Of a DNA stretch of 64,000 nucleotides, positions 41,261 to 51,873 are shown piece by piece (position 1 is the first letter of the stretch; each line of letters begins with the position of its first letter). The notes beneath the pieces are model-generated. The model was given only the letters and a program-made list of their open reading frames with translations, ran no database searches and was not told the origin of the DNA. The translations under genes were made by a program, and so were the position numbers. Source of the DNA: an uncultured Chloroflexia bacterium (GTDB lineage Bacteria; Chloroflexota; Anaerolineae; CG2-30-64-16); contig CAWEMM010000011.1 in the NCBI GenBank assembly GCA_963810095.1, positions 1 to 64,000 of the forward strand, read 5' to 3'.

Positions 41261-42814
41261 TCAGTGCCCCGCAGCCTGCGGCGTCTCCGCAGAATGGAAC
41301 ACCTCAGGGTTCGCCGCGCCTTCTGCCATCAGGAACCCGACCAGCCCGTGCTCCATGCGACTCAGGCTGTGATCGACCAGCACGTACCGGCCCGGCACCT
41401 GCAGCTTGAACTCGACCACCGTTGCCCCGCCTGCCGGCACCAGCGTCGTCTGCACGTCCGTCATGGGCGGCGTCGTGACCGACCCCTCCGCATACACCTT
41501 GTCGAAGATTTCGCCAATGACGTGGAACGACGACGTCTTGTTCGGGCCACCGTCGCCGAAGAAAATCCTCACCGTCTGCCCCACGCTCGCTTTGAGCGGC
41601 TTCTTGTCGGTCAGCGCGCCCACGGCGCCATTGAACGTCATGTACTCGGGCTGCTCGGCCAGTAGCTTCTCCACGCTCATCGCCTGGAAGCCGTGCTGCC
41701 CGTACGCCGCTTGCGTGTACAGCTCGCCCTGCATGACGTAGAACTCTTTGTCCACCTTCGGCAGCCCGCCTTCGGGCTCCACCACGATCAGTCCGTACAT
41801 CCCGTTCGAGATGTGGTGCGCAACCATCGGCGTCGCGCAGTGGTACACGTACACGCCGGGATTCAACGCCTTGAACGTGAAGGTCTTCTCCTGGCCGGGC
41901 GCCACCTGGGTGACCGTCGCGCCGCCGCCTGGCCCGGTCACCGCATGAAAGTCGACCGAGTGGATCATTTGGCTGCTTGGGTTGTTCTTCAGGTGGACCT
42001 CGACCGTATCGCCCACCCGCACCCGCAGCATAGGCCCGGGCACCTGGCCGTTAAAGGTCCAGTAGTTGTACGTCGTGCCGTTGGCCAGCTGGCCCTTGGT
42101 CTCGACCGTCTCCAGGTCGATCCGCACGTTTTCCGCGGCCCTGTCTCCGATGGGACCGGGCAAGTCAGACGGGTCGCGAACGATGTCCGCGCCTGTTTCC
42201 TCGACGGCCTGTGCCTGGCCCACCACGAGCTGGCCCTCCATGCCGGCCTGCCGGTGTCCGGGGATGGAGCAGAAGTACGCAAAGGTTCCGGACTTGCTCG
42301 CTTTGAACACGGTGCCGGAACTCGACCCCTGCCCGATCACCTGCTCGGTCGCCGCTTGGAAGTCGGGAAAGACGACGTCGTGCATCGCGCCATCGCCATT
42401 GACCAGGATGATCTGCACGATCGCGCCGTCGGCCACCTCGAGCTTCGGGTTGATCTGCCCGTCAATGTTCCCGCCAACGCCCACGAAGGAAAGCCCCTTC
42501 TCGCCGACATTCGTCTTAAGCGTAAACGAGACGTCGGGCACCATGCCGACGCCTTCCCCACCGTTTTTGACCCCCGGCCCCGGCGTCATCTGCATTTCGT
42601 GGCTGACCGGCACCCCGGAAGCGCCGCCTGACGAGCTACCCCCGGCGCCTTGTGCCGCGGTTGAGGCTGCCTGTGCGCCCGATGCCGCGAGGCCGCCCGC
42701 CTGCGCGCCCTGCCCGGCGCCAATGACGAGCACCACGGCGCCCGCAGCCAGGATGAGCGCCACCACGGCAAGCGTGGCGACGACCCAGGCCACCCGTCTA
42801 TTAATTGAACTCAT
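41261..42814 (-). CDS. nirK: Copper-containing nitrite reductase with extra N-terminal cupredoxin domain
   Basis: HSVDFHAV, YHCATPMVAHHISNGMYG, SSFHVIGE, LVDH; N-terminal YFCSIPGHRQAGM type-1 Cu site; TM anchor. Confidence 0.93.
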   Translation of the reverse strand: MSSINRRVAWVVATLAVVALILAAGAVVLVIGAGQGAQAGGLAASGAQAASTAAQGAGGSSSGGASGVPVSHEMQMTPGPGVKNGGEGVGMVPDVSFTLKTNVGEKGLSFVGVGGNIDGQINPKLEVADGAIVQIILVNGDGAMHDVVFPDFQAATEQVIGQGSSSGTVFKASKSGTFAYFCSIPGHRQAGMEGQLVVGQAQAVEETGADIVRDPSDLPGPIGDRAAENVRIDLETVETKGQLANGTTYNYWTFNGQVPGPMLRVRVGDTVEVHLKNNPSSQMIHSVDFHAVTGPGGGATVTQVAPGQEKTFTFKALNPGVYVYHCATPMVAHHISNGMYGLIVVEPEGGLPKVDKEFYVMQGELYTQAAYGQHGFQAMSVEKLLAEQPEYMTFNGAVGALTDKKPLKASVGQTVRIFFGDGGPNKTSSFHVIGEIFDKVYAEGSVTTPPMTDVQTTLVPAGGATVVEFKLQVPGRYVLVDHSLSRMEHGLVGFLMAEGAANPEVFHSAETPQAAGH

Positions 42815-42863
42815 ACTATCCTCCGCTTAAGACCATCTTCCGCATTCGCGCCGGCCCGCGCAC

Positions 42864-43086
42864 TCAAGGATGCTCCGGCGATTCGCCGGCGGCAGCCCGC
42901 AGAGCTGCGATCAGCTGGCCCTCATCCAACGCGTCAGACGCGCGCCGCGTCGGCCAGTGTTTCGAAGGCCGACAGCTCACATCCGACACACGCCATGCGG
43001 CGCTCATTAAGAACGCTGGCGCACGTGGGCCACTGTTCCAACAGCTCGGCAACCGTCATCTGAGGTTCCGGGACTCGTCGCATCAT
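42864..43086 (-). CDS. DUF1858 domain protein (frameshift near 42935)
   Basis: MTVAELLEQWP...L...MACVGC.LSAFETLADAA pattern. Confidence 0.75.
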
Positions 43087-43132
43087 TTTCCCATTCATTT
43101 GTGAAGAGGATAGCATGTAGCCGGGCGTCCGT

Positions 43133-43150
43133 CTTTGCGCTGGCGCAAAG
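43133..43150 (-). promoter_or_regulatory. NnrR/Fnr-type operator (TTGCG-N4-CGCAA) of the DUF1858-nirK promoter
   Basis: Perfect palindrome CTTTGCGC-TG-GCGCAAAG centred at -41.5 relative to the predicted TGn-TATCCT -10 (43107-43112, minus strand). Confidence 0.75.
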
Positions 43151-43183
43151 AGCGCCACATTCAGGGAGCGACACGCACGGGGT

Positions 43184-43898
43184 TCAGGGCGAAAGATCCT
43201 CCGCGATGCTCACCAGCCCGTGCCCTCGCTTGATAACCACTCGCTCGCGGCCGACTTCCACCAGCCCCGCACTTTCCCAGCTGCTGAGGATACGGCTCAC
43301 CGTGTAGAGGGTCGTTCCGGTCATCTCGGCCAGGTCCTGGCGCGAAAGCGGGAGGTCGATCAGGATGCCGGCATCGGTCTTGCGCCCTGCCTGGCGCGCC
43401 AGCCGGAGCACCGCACGTGCGACACGGCGCTCCACGCGTTCGGTCGCCAACTCGCGATAGCGGTCCTGGAGCTCGTGGAGCCGGCCCGCCAGGAAGCGGA
43501 GTGCGTTGACGGCCACGGCGGGGATTTCGCGCGATTAGTCGCTCCATAGCGGGACCGTCCCAAGCCAGCGCTTGCGAGTCCTCGACGACCTCGGCAGCCA
43601 CCCCGTACGCGCCGTCCGCGAAGGGCGCGACCAGTGCGAAACCGTCGCCGGGACCAATCATGTGCAGGATGACCTGGAGACCCTCCGGGTTGATCTGCGT
43701 CACACGCACTCGGCCCGAGAGCAGGACGTAGCAGCGGCTCGCCGGGTCGCCTTGCTGGAAGAAATAGCCCCCGGCCCGCACGCCGCGACGCTGTCCCTGC
43801 GCGGCGACGGCAAGCAGTTGTCCGGGCTGAAGGCCGGCGAACAACGGCACTCGCCCTAGCTCCTCCGGCGTTACTTCGGCTTTTGCGGCCACTACCAC
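43184..43898 (-). CDS. Crp/Fnr family regulator, NnrR-like (frameshift near 43520)
   Basis: [46 protein letters not shown]. Confidence 0.88.
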
Positions 43899-44073
43899 CC
43901 TCCCAAAACTGAAGTTGCGCCTTAAGGTTACCTAAAAGAAGCGGCCGTGTCGATAGGGATAGGCACAATTGGCGAGAACCGGGCGTTATAGTCCTCATGG
44001 AGATGCCGCACCACAGCGCGCATCGAATCAGCATTTATTGGCAAGCAAGTATTGACAAGCAAGCGAGGAATGA

Positions 44074-44394
44074 ATGAAGCTGCATCTCGGATTCGAGTTG
44101 GACCTGATTGGGCTGGCGCAGCCGAAGGGTGAAATGATCATGGACGTGGACTTTTATGCAGCGGACGGCCGCATCCAAGCCGACGTCAAGGATATCTCGT
44201 TCTGCAATAACGCGCTGCTCGACGCCTTGGGGAAAATGTTTGGCAAGACCATTCTTGCCGATGAGATTGCGCGGGTCATTAACGACACGATCATGGAACT
44301 CCCATCTCGCGACTCCCGCGTTCGGAGGATCGAGATTCTAAACGGCCGTATGCTCGAAGCCGAGGCGCCGATCGACGCCGAGTGCAGCGCCTGA
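44074..44394 (+). CDS. Hypothetical protein
   Basis: 106-aa ORF with GAGG RBS; no motif recognised. Confidence 0.55.
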   Translation: MKLHLGFELDLIGLAQPKGEMIMDVDFYAADGRIQADVKDISFCNNALLDALGKMFGKTILADEIARVINDTIMELPSRDSRVRRIEILNGRMLEAEAPIDAECSA

Positions 44395-44516
44395 GTGACT
44401 GACTGAACGAAGCGCAAGATGAAAGCGGCCGCGGTGACGTGGCACCGTGCACAACGCGGCCGGCGTTTCGGGTTGCTGCGTAAGCACCCTTACGCCGGCC
44501 TGCGACCCGTGGCTGT

Positions 44517-45117
44517 ATGCTGTGCGCTGTGAAGCCCATCTCCTCCGAAGCTGCTCTGCAGCGCCTTCTTGAAGGCAACCAACGGTTTGTCGAAGACCGC
44601 CTGCACAAGGTGCAGCTGGGCGCCCGGCTCAAAGAGGTCGCTCCGGCGCAGTTCCCGTTCGCCGCCATCTTGGGCTGCTCGGACTCGCGCGTGCCCGCCG
44701 AGCTGGTGTTTGATTGCTCGCTGGGCGACTTATTCGTGGTGCGTACCGCGGGGCATGTGCTGGGCCCCGAGGTGTGCGGCAGCCTCGAATTCGCTGCCGC
44801 ACACCTGCATGTCCCGCTCATCGTGGTGCTCGGCCACACCCGCTGCGGCGCGATCCAGGCTGCGTTAGCGAGTGCGGGTGGACAGCCTGCTCCCGGGTCC
44901 ATCGCAGCGCTCGTCGAGGCCGTGCGCCCCGCGGTCGACGCGCGCGCAGGCGATGCGGGGCAACACGCTGGGCCAGGCTGTCGTGGCGCATGTCGAAGCG
45001 ACGGTTGCGGCGCTGAAATGCGCCGAGCTGCTCGTGCCGCCGCTCGCAGCAGGCACTCTCCGCGTCGTTGGCGCCCGCTATGACCTGGACACAGGCCAAG
45101 TGCAACTCCTGGTCTAG
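44517..45117 (+). CDS. Beta-class carbonic anhydrase (frameshift near 44960)
   Basis: LLEGNQRF, GCSDSRVP, GDLFVVR.AG, GHTRCGA, YDLDTG.V. Confidence 0.88.
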
Positions 45118-45295
45118 GCGCCTGCGCTCTCCCCCGGCTGCTTGCGGTATTCCGTCTCCCTCTTATCGACGTCAAAGCCACAGCTTCCGCAAATCGGTCG
45201 CGCCGCAGCGTCTTGCTCCCGCGGCCGCGTCTTCATCGGGCAGCGGATGTGAGGCCATCGCCCGGGAAATCGTTGGGCTGCGGGCAGGGTAGCGG

Positions 45296-45343
45296 ATAGT
45301 ACCCAAACGGGTACTATGCAAGGGCTGCCCCTGTAGCTATACT
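45296..45343 (+). promoter_or_regulatory. glnA promoter with upstream perfect palindrome
   Basis: ATAGTACCC-AAAC-GGGTACTAT (45296-45317) and TATACT -10 (45338-45343). Confidence 0.55.
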
Positions 45344-45432
45344 CTTCTGCGTGCAATTATGCTGAGTGTGCAATTGTGCTGAAGGCGTGCGTGGCGCGGG
45401 AGCGCTCCGCACCACTGAAAGGAGTCTGATCC

Positions 45433-46848
45433 ATGCCTAAGACCGTCGCCGACGTCCTTGCCATGGCGGCCAAGGTCCAAATGGTTGACCTGCGCTTCAC
45501 CGACCTGCCGGGCGTCTGGCAGCATTTCACCATTCCGGCGCACAACCTTAACGAGGAAACCTTCGAGGGCGGCGTTCCCTTCGATGGCTCTTCGATCCGG
45601 GGCTTCAAGGAAATCCACGAGTCGGACATGATCCTGGTGCTCGATCCGAGCACCGCGTTCGTCGACCCGGTGTACCAGGTGCCCACCCTCGCGATCATCG
45701 GCGACGTGTTTGACCCGATCACCCGCGAGCCCTACACCCGTGATCCGCGCTTCATCGCGCGCCGGGCCGAGACGTACCTGAAACAGACCGGGCTGGGCGA
45801 CACGGCGTTCTTCGGCCCCGAGCCGGAATTCTTCATTTTTGGCGACGTGCGCTACGGCTCGAACACTAACGAGGCCTTTTACCACCTCGACAGCTCGGAG
45901 GGCTGGTGGAACAGCGGCAAAGATTTGGGTCCCAATTTCGGCGGGCAGATCGCGCCGAAGCGGGGTTACTTCCCGACGCCCCCCACCGACACACTTCAAG
46001 ACGTGCGCTCGAGGATCGTGTTAGCCCTCGAGGGCGCGGGCATTCCGGTCGAGATTCACCATCACGAGGTTGCGTCTGCGGGCCAGGGTGAGATCGGCAT
46101 GCGATTCGATACGCTCACCCGCATGGCCGACAACGTGATGATCTACAAGTACATGGTCAAGAACGTCGCGCGGCAGAACGGCCTCACGGCCACGTTCATG
46201 CCCAAGCCGCTCTTCGGCGACAACGGCTCGGGCATGCATTGCCACCAAAGCATCTGGCGCGGCGACAAAAACATGTTCTACGACGCCTCTGGCTACGCGC
46301 AGTTGTCGGACACGGCCAAGTATTACATCGGCGGCCTCCTCAAGCACGCACCCGCCTTGCTTGCGCTGGTGGCGCCGACCACGAATTCGTACCGTCGCCT
46401 GGTGCCCGGCTTTGAGGCGCCCGTGAACCTCGCCTATTCGCAACGCAACCGGTCGGCCATCTGCCGGATTCCGGTGGGCTCGAAAAGCGCGAAGGCCAAG
46501 CGCGTCGAGTTCCGCGCGCCCGATCCTTCCTGCAACCCGTACCTCGCGTTTGCGGCCTTGCTGATGGCCGGCATCGACGGAGTTCAGAACTGTATCGATC
46601 CCGGCGAGCCGATGGACAAGGACCTGTACGGTCTGCCGCCCGAGGAGGCCCGGAAGGTGAAGCAGGTGCCGGGCAGCCTGGATGCGGTGCTCGCCGCGCT
46701 CGAGGCAGACCACGAGTTCCTGCTCAAGGGCGACGTGTTCACCTCTGACATGCTGGAAACCTATATCGCCTATAAGCGCGAGACCGAGGTGGACCCGATC
46801 CGCATGCGGCCGCACCCGTACGAGTTCACGCTGTACTACGACGCGTAA
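45433..46848 (+). CDS. glnA: Glutamine synthetase type I
   Basis: [45 protein letters not shown], adenylylation-site DLY. Confidence 0.97.
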   Translation: MPKTVADVLAMAAKVQMVDLRFTDLPGVWQHFTIPAHNLNEETFEGGVPFDGSSIRGFKEIHESDMILVLDPSTAFVDPVYQVPTLAIIGDVFDPITREPYTRDPRFIARRAETYLKQTGLGDTAFFGPEPEFFIFGDVRYGSNTNEAFYHLDSSEGWWNSGKDLGPNFGGQIAPKRGYFPTPPTDTLQDVRSRIVLALEGAGIPVEIHHHEVASAGQGEIGMRFDTLTRMADNVMIYKYMVKNVARQNGLTATFMPKPLFGDNGSGMHCHQSIWRGDKNMFYDASGYAQLSDTAKYYIGGLLKHAPALLALVAPTTNSYRRLVPGFEAPVNLAYSQRNRSAICRIPVGSKSAKAKRVEFRAPDPSCNPYLAFAALLMAGIDGVQNCIDPGEPMDKDLYGLPPEEARKVKQVPGSLDAVLAALEADHEFLLKGDVFTSDMLETYIAYKRETEVDPIRMRPHPYEFTLYYDA

Positions 46849-46853
46849 GTCAT

Positions 46854-46942
46854 GGGACGCAGATTGAACTGATCAAACTGATTCGCATGATCCTATTGAC
46901 ACAGATCAGGTGAATCAGTCTCATCAGTTCAATCTGCGTCCT
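46854..46942. repeat. 9-nt-periodic palindromic element, copy 3
   Basis: GACGCAGAT TGAACTGAT CAAACTGAT TCGCATGAT - loop - ATCAGGTGA ATCAGTCTC ATCAGTTCA ATCTGCGTC, just after the glnA stop. Confidence 0.85.
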
Positions 46943-47051
46943 ATTCCGCCGCCACATCCCCACGCAACTTCCGCCCCGCAGAACGAATCCTACTGAGAAA
47001 CCCGCCGGATTCGGTATAATACGCTCACTTCTTGAGGTGAGGAATCGTGAG

Positions 47052-47973
47052 ATGAGCGATTATGTTCTGCGCGTCCTGGCAAAGGACGCGGGTGTCCGCG
47101 TGCTTAACCTGTACCACGACCGAGCTTTCGCGCGAGGCGGCCCGGCGTCATGCCGCGTACCCCATCGCGGCGGCCGCGCTGGCATACGGTATGACGGCCG
47201 GCGTGCTGCTGGGCGCACTGCTAAAGGTGCAGGAGCGGGTGGCGCTGAAATTCGATGGCGACGGCCGGCTCGGCAAGCTGATCGTCGAGGCAGACGCATA
47301 CGGGCGGGTGCGCGGGTATATCGCGGTGCCCGACGCTGTCAGCGGCGAATCGCTCGGGCGAGCGGCCGTGGGCGATGCGCTGGGCCGCACCGGGGTGCTC
47401 ACAGTCGTCAAGGACCTGCGCCTGAAGGATCTCTACCGCAGCGCGGTGGCGATCGAATACGGCGAGTGGGACAAGGAACTCGAAACATACTTCAACCAGT
47501 CGGAACAAGTCGCGTCGCTGGTCGAAATCGGCGTCGTCATGAATGACGCGGGCGAGATTGAGGCGGCGGGCGGCTGGCTGATCCAGGCACTGCCGGGACA
47601 TGGCCACGAGGCGCTGGAGCGCCTCGCCAAGCAGCTCGAGAGCCTGCCGGCAGCCGAGGCACTGCTAGCGGAAGGCGCCGACCCCGAGCAGTTGATGGAC
47701 CGCCTGCTGCCCGCGAAGGACTACATCGTCCTGGATCGGACCGAGGCGAAGTTCAGTTGCTCGTGTTCAAGGGAGAGGTCGGCCAAGGCGCTGCGCATGC
47801 TTCCCGCCGAGGACCGTCTCGCGCTCATTGCGGAGGGCGAAGCCGTGGTGGACTGCCACTTCTGCCACGCGCGCTACAGCTTCTCCCGCGAAGAATTGGA
47901 GGAGCTGCACGAAGAGGCGCTTCGGGACGAAGCGGCCTCACGCGCAGAGGGTGAATCGCCGTCACAGGAGTGA
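47052..47973 (+). CDS. hslO: Hsp33 redox-regulated chaperone (frameshift near 47105)
   Basis: G.VRGY, YFNQSEQ, AAGGWLIQALPG, CSC...CHFC zinc site. Confidence 0.9.
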
Positions 47974-48044
47974 CCGGTCGCCGTGGGAGGCTCACCCTTT
48001 GGTGCGAGATGGCGCCTCTCGCCGTAGCGGGCTATAATGGCCGC

Positions 48045-49846
48045 GTGGAACCCGTGCTGATCGCGACCCTGACACGGATCAACGCTTTGTCTGCGGAAGT
48101 CAACCGCATGGACGGCGATGACCCCGCCGCGCTCGAACACCTCCTGCACGGGGTTGAAGTGGCCGCCGGCGCGCTGGTGGAAGGGGGCGCCGCCTCGATT
48201 CTGCTGGGCCAGTGGCCTGCGGAAGATGCGGCCGGCGGTGCCGGCGACGGGGTCCGGGTCCTCCCGCTGGGCCCAGCCGAGCGCCCCTTCGGTTTCCTGA
48301 CCCTCGCTTGTCCCCCCGGCGCTGTGCTCGACGAGGGTCGGGCCCTCCTGCTCCAGGCACTGGCCAATGTGGCTGCCACGGCGGTCTTGCAGGCGGGCGT
48401 GCGGCGCGACTCCCGGCAGACCCTCGCCCGCAAGGAGGACGAACTCACGCTCCTGCGCCGGGCAGGGCTGCTGATTTCCTCGCGCACCGGCTTGCAGGAC
48501 ACCCTCGACACCATCCTCCAAATGGCGCTCGAAGTCACGGGCGCGCGTTACGGCATCTTCCGCCTGGTCGACGGAGGCCGGAACGCGCTCGTGATGGCCG
48601 CCATCGCGGGCGCCGACCTCGGCCGCCCGGCCGTCGAAGCGCTGCCCATCAACGTCACAAGCGTGATGGGAATGGTGGCCAAGACGAAAGAACCCGTGAT
48701 GATTGCCGACGTGCGCCAGCCGCCCTGGTCCCGCATCTACTACCCCCTGGATCACGCCCTGCAGATGCGCGCCGAGCTCGCGGTGCCACTGCTGGGGGCC
48801 GGCGGCCGTCTCGTCGGTGTCCTCAACCTCGAGAGCCCGCAGCCCGGTGCGTTCACTGAGGCCGACAGCCACCTGCTCCAATCGCTGGCCAGCCAGGCCG
48901 TCATCGCAATTCAGCAGGTGCGCCTGCTCGACGCAGCCGCGAGACGTCGGCAAGGGTGCTGAGCCAGGAGGCCGGCGACGTTCGGGAGCACTTGCAAGCC
49001 GTGCGCGAAGAACTTCTGAGCGGCGACACCGAGTGGGACCGGAAGGTCGAGGCGATGTTGGCGCAGTACGACCGGCTGGCGCGCGACAATGAAGAGCGGC
49101 AGGCGGCGCTGCGTGAGGCGCGGGAGGCCCGGGCGGTGGCGGAGACCTTTGCGGCCATGGGCGACGTCGCGGCCAACCTGCTTCACCACCTGAACAACCA
49201 GGTGGGCACGATCCCGGCCCGAGTCGAAGGGATCCAGGATAAGTGCCCGGACCTCATTGCTCAGAGCCCATATCTGGCGGCGAACCTGGGCGAGATCGAG
49301 CGAGCCGCGCTCGATGCGATGCAGACCGTACGGGAGCGGCTGGCGCTCCTGCGGCCGATCACGCCTGCGCCGGTCAGCCTGTCTGAGTGCCTGGGTGAGG
49401 CGCTGCGCGCTGCCCGCTTACCCGGCGGCGTGACTGTCTCGGCGGCGCCCGAGCTCGCCGCCCTCCCGCCGGTGCTGGCGGGCCGCGAGGGTTTGATGCT
49501 CATTCTGCTGAACCTGCTCGACAATGCAGGGGAGGCGCTTGCCAGCGCCAGACCCGGCGGTGATCCTACCCCAGACCCGGGGCGCATCAGCGTGTCGGGG
49601 TGGGTGCAGGGGCAGGCGGTCGAGGTGGTGGTGGCAGACGACGGCCCGGGCATCCCGCGCGATCTGCAGGGACGGATCTTCGAGTTCGACGTTTCGAGCC
49701 GCCGCAGAGGAGGCAAGGGCCACCGCATGGGCTTCGGGCTTTGGTGGGTGAAGACGCTCATCACCCGGTTGGGCGGTGCGATCGTCGTCGAAAGCGACGG
49801 CAAGAGCGGGACGGCGTTTCGTCTGCGGCTGCCGAGAGCGGAATAG
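48045..49846 (+). CDS. GAF-domain sensor histidine kinase (frameshift near 48945)
   Basis: ELAVPL...GVLNLES...AFT GAF; ANLLHHLNN H-box; NLLDNA, DDGPGI, GFGLW. Confidence 0.85.
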
Positions 49847-49851
49847 GACGC

Positions 49852-50439
49852 ATGCGCGCGCTGGTGGTTGAAGACAACCGGGGCTGGCAGGACATCCTGG
49901 CGGAAATCCTGGCGGACATGGGGCTGACCGTGGATGTGGCGGGGGATTCGCGGCACGCGTCCGCGCATATCGCCGCGTCGCCTCACCGGCTGGCGGTCGT
50001 CGACCTGTCGCTCCGGGCAGACGACGAGGGCAACCAGGAGGGGCTCCAGATCCTGGCCGCGCTGCGGGAGAACGACCCTCGCTGCGCCGCGGTGCTGCTG
50101 ACGGGATTCGCAACCGTCGAGATTGCGGTCGCCGCGCTAAAGGACTTCGGCGCGTGGACCTGCCTCCGGAAGGAGTCCTTTCGCCGGGCAGAGTTCAAGG
50201 ACGTGGTGCGCCAGATCCTGAGCCAGCCTGCCGAGGTGGATCCGCTGGCCGCACTGACCCCCCGCGAGCGGGAGGTGGTGCAGCTGCTCGTGGAGGGGCT
50301 GCCGAACAAGGGCATCGCACACCGGATGGTGATTTCCGAAAACACGGTCAAACGATACTTGAAGGTGATATTCGAAAAGCTCGACGTCGACAGCCGGGCC
50401 GGCGCCGTGGCAAAGGCCCTTGGCCCGCCGCAGCCTTGA
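49852..50439 (+). CDS. Response regulator with LuxR HTH
   Basis: LVVED, VVDL, LTPREREV..L..G..NK.IA..M.ISENTVK. Confidence 0.9.
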   Translation: MRALVVEDNRGWQDILAEILADMGLTVDVAGDSRHASAHIAASPHRLAVVDLSLRADDEGNQEGLQILAALRENDPRCAAVLLTGFATVEIAVAALKDFGAWTCLRKESFRRAEFKDVVRQILSQPAEVDPLAALTPREREVVQLLVEGLPNKGIAHRMVISENTVKRYLKVIFEKLDVDSRAGAVAKALGPPQP

Positions 50440-50682
50440 GGGAACCAGGCTTGTTCGGGACTTAACCGCAAACACAGGGGAACTGCCGGCCGGCCGTGCA
50501 AGGTAGGTCATGTTTTCCGGCCCAGCCCGGACGGTCCCGGCGGAAGTGCCAGGACCTTGGGAGGGCCGGAAGCGGCACGATTCTCGCACAACGGCGGCTA
50601 AATGCGCGCGTGGTTCCTGCCGCCCCTGGCTCATCCCCCGCACAGTGGCTTATCCGGGCGAACGCATGCCCACAGCGTTGCC

Positions 50683-50752
50683 TTTGGGGTTCCAAGGGGC
50701 GCAGCCCCTGGTCGGGCGGGGGCAAGAGGGCCCCCGCCAGACCATCGTTCTG
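50683..50752 (+). repeat. Relative of the 41009-41085 GC-hairpin repeat arm
   Basis: TTTGGGGTTCCAAGGGGCGCAGCCCCTGG..GGGGGCAAGAGGGCCCCCGCCAGACCATCGTTCTGC. Confidence 0.7.
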
Positions 50753-50782
50753 CATCAGCAGATAGTTCGCTGTGCTTTGTAC

Positions 50783-51643
50783 CTAATTCTCCCCGTAAAC
50801 GTCGGCCTCATACTCCGCTTTTCTGGCCTTCTGGATTTGCTCCTGCACCCAAGCGGCAAAACGCGCCTGCTCCTCATCCGTCGCGTTGCGCCAGAGTTTT
50901 TGCAGTTTGTCCAGAACCTGCGGCGGCTTTTCGATGCCCGCCTCCACGTACGCCTGCTTGAGCGACATCTCGCCGGCCTGCACCGCGTCGAGCAGGTCGG
51001 GGTGCGTCTGGGCCAACTTCTCGCGCTTGCGCTGCGCCGGCGTCATCCGGGCTGCGCTGCCCGCCCCAGCCGCACCTGCGCCACCGCCTTCGTATCCTCC
51101 CGCATCGGAGCTCCCCGCGTCCGGCAGCCGGATCTCGCCGCGGGCGAACTGCGCCTCGAATTCCTCCAGAATACGCCGGCCAAGCGCCGCGTCGGCGTCC
51201 TCGGCCACATCGGGAACCAGGGCTGCCCATGGCGCGCTCGCTTCGCTGCTCGGCGTCCCCTCCACGGCCACCGAGCGCGACGGCGTCGCCGGCCGGCTCT
51301 CCTCTTCCAAGCCGCTGAACTTGATGACCAATTGCATCGACTCGGCCTGTCCGGCCGGCGCGGTGCGGCGAATCAGGTTAGCAAGCGAGGTATAGGGCTC
51401 GTGCGGAGGGGGCGGCGAAAGCGTCTCCCAAATGCGGTGCTCGAGCGCGGCGCGGATGGCCGCGAGGAAGCCTTGCTCGCCCTGCTCACGTGCGGCCCAC
51501 GCGGCGTTGATGCAATCCACTACTTCCTCGCACCAGCCAAATGTCCCCGGCTCATTGACCGTCGGCAGCAACGGATCGGGCTGCAACTCGTTCTTCTTGG
51601 ACACCTTGTCTGCTCCCTTGGCAAATTGAGATACGAACATCAT
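50783..51643 (-). CDS. Hypothetical protein, possible helical DNA-binding C-terminal region
   Basis: KLAQTHPDLLDAVQAGEMSLKQAYVEAG and LQKLWRNATDEEQARF segments; start may be GTG near 51604. Confidence 0.65.
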   Translation of the reverse strand: MMFVSQFAKGADKVSKKNELQPDPLLPTVNEPGTFGWCEEVVDCINAAWAAREQGEQGFLAAIRAALEHRIWETLSPPPPHEPYTSLANLIRRTAPAGQAESMQLVIKFSGLEEESRPATPSRSVAVEGTPSSEASAPWAALVPDVAEDADAALGRRILEEFEAQFARGEIRLPDAGSSDAGGYEGGGAGAAGAGSAARMTPAQRKREKLAQTHPDLLDAVQAGEMSLKQAYVEAGIEKPPQVLDKLQKLWRNATDEEQARFAAWVQEQIQKARKAEYEADVYGEN

Positions 51644-51873
51644 TTCTACCGCAGAATGCTATAACTGGCAAGATTCGCGAAACCCCCGCGCGCCTGCACC
51701 TAGCAGATGCGCCGCGTCGAGCATCTATCAATAACATTTTCCTTCACAATTGCGTATCTCCCTGCAAGCCACTGCGTTAGTCCACATAGAAAGTCGCCGG
51801 CGCAGTCGGAGCCTGGCTGCTCCTTGCCTACTCGGGCAGCACCGCGACTGAGCATCCCCATGGAGGGTCGTCT

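Noticed and set aside
40598-41409. Several 170-213 aa ORFs over the repeat region
   Set aside because: Low-complexity GC-driven ORFs in overlapping frames with no RBS or recognisable motif
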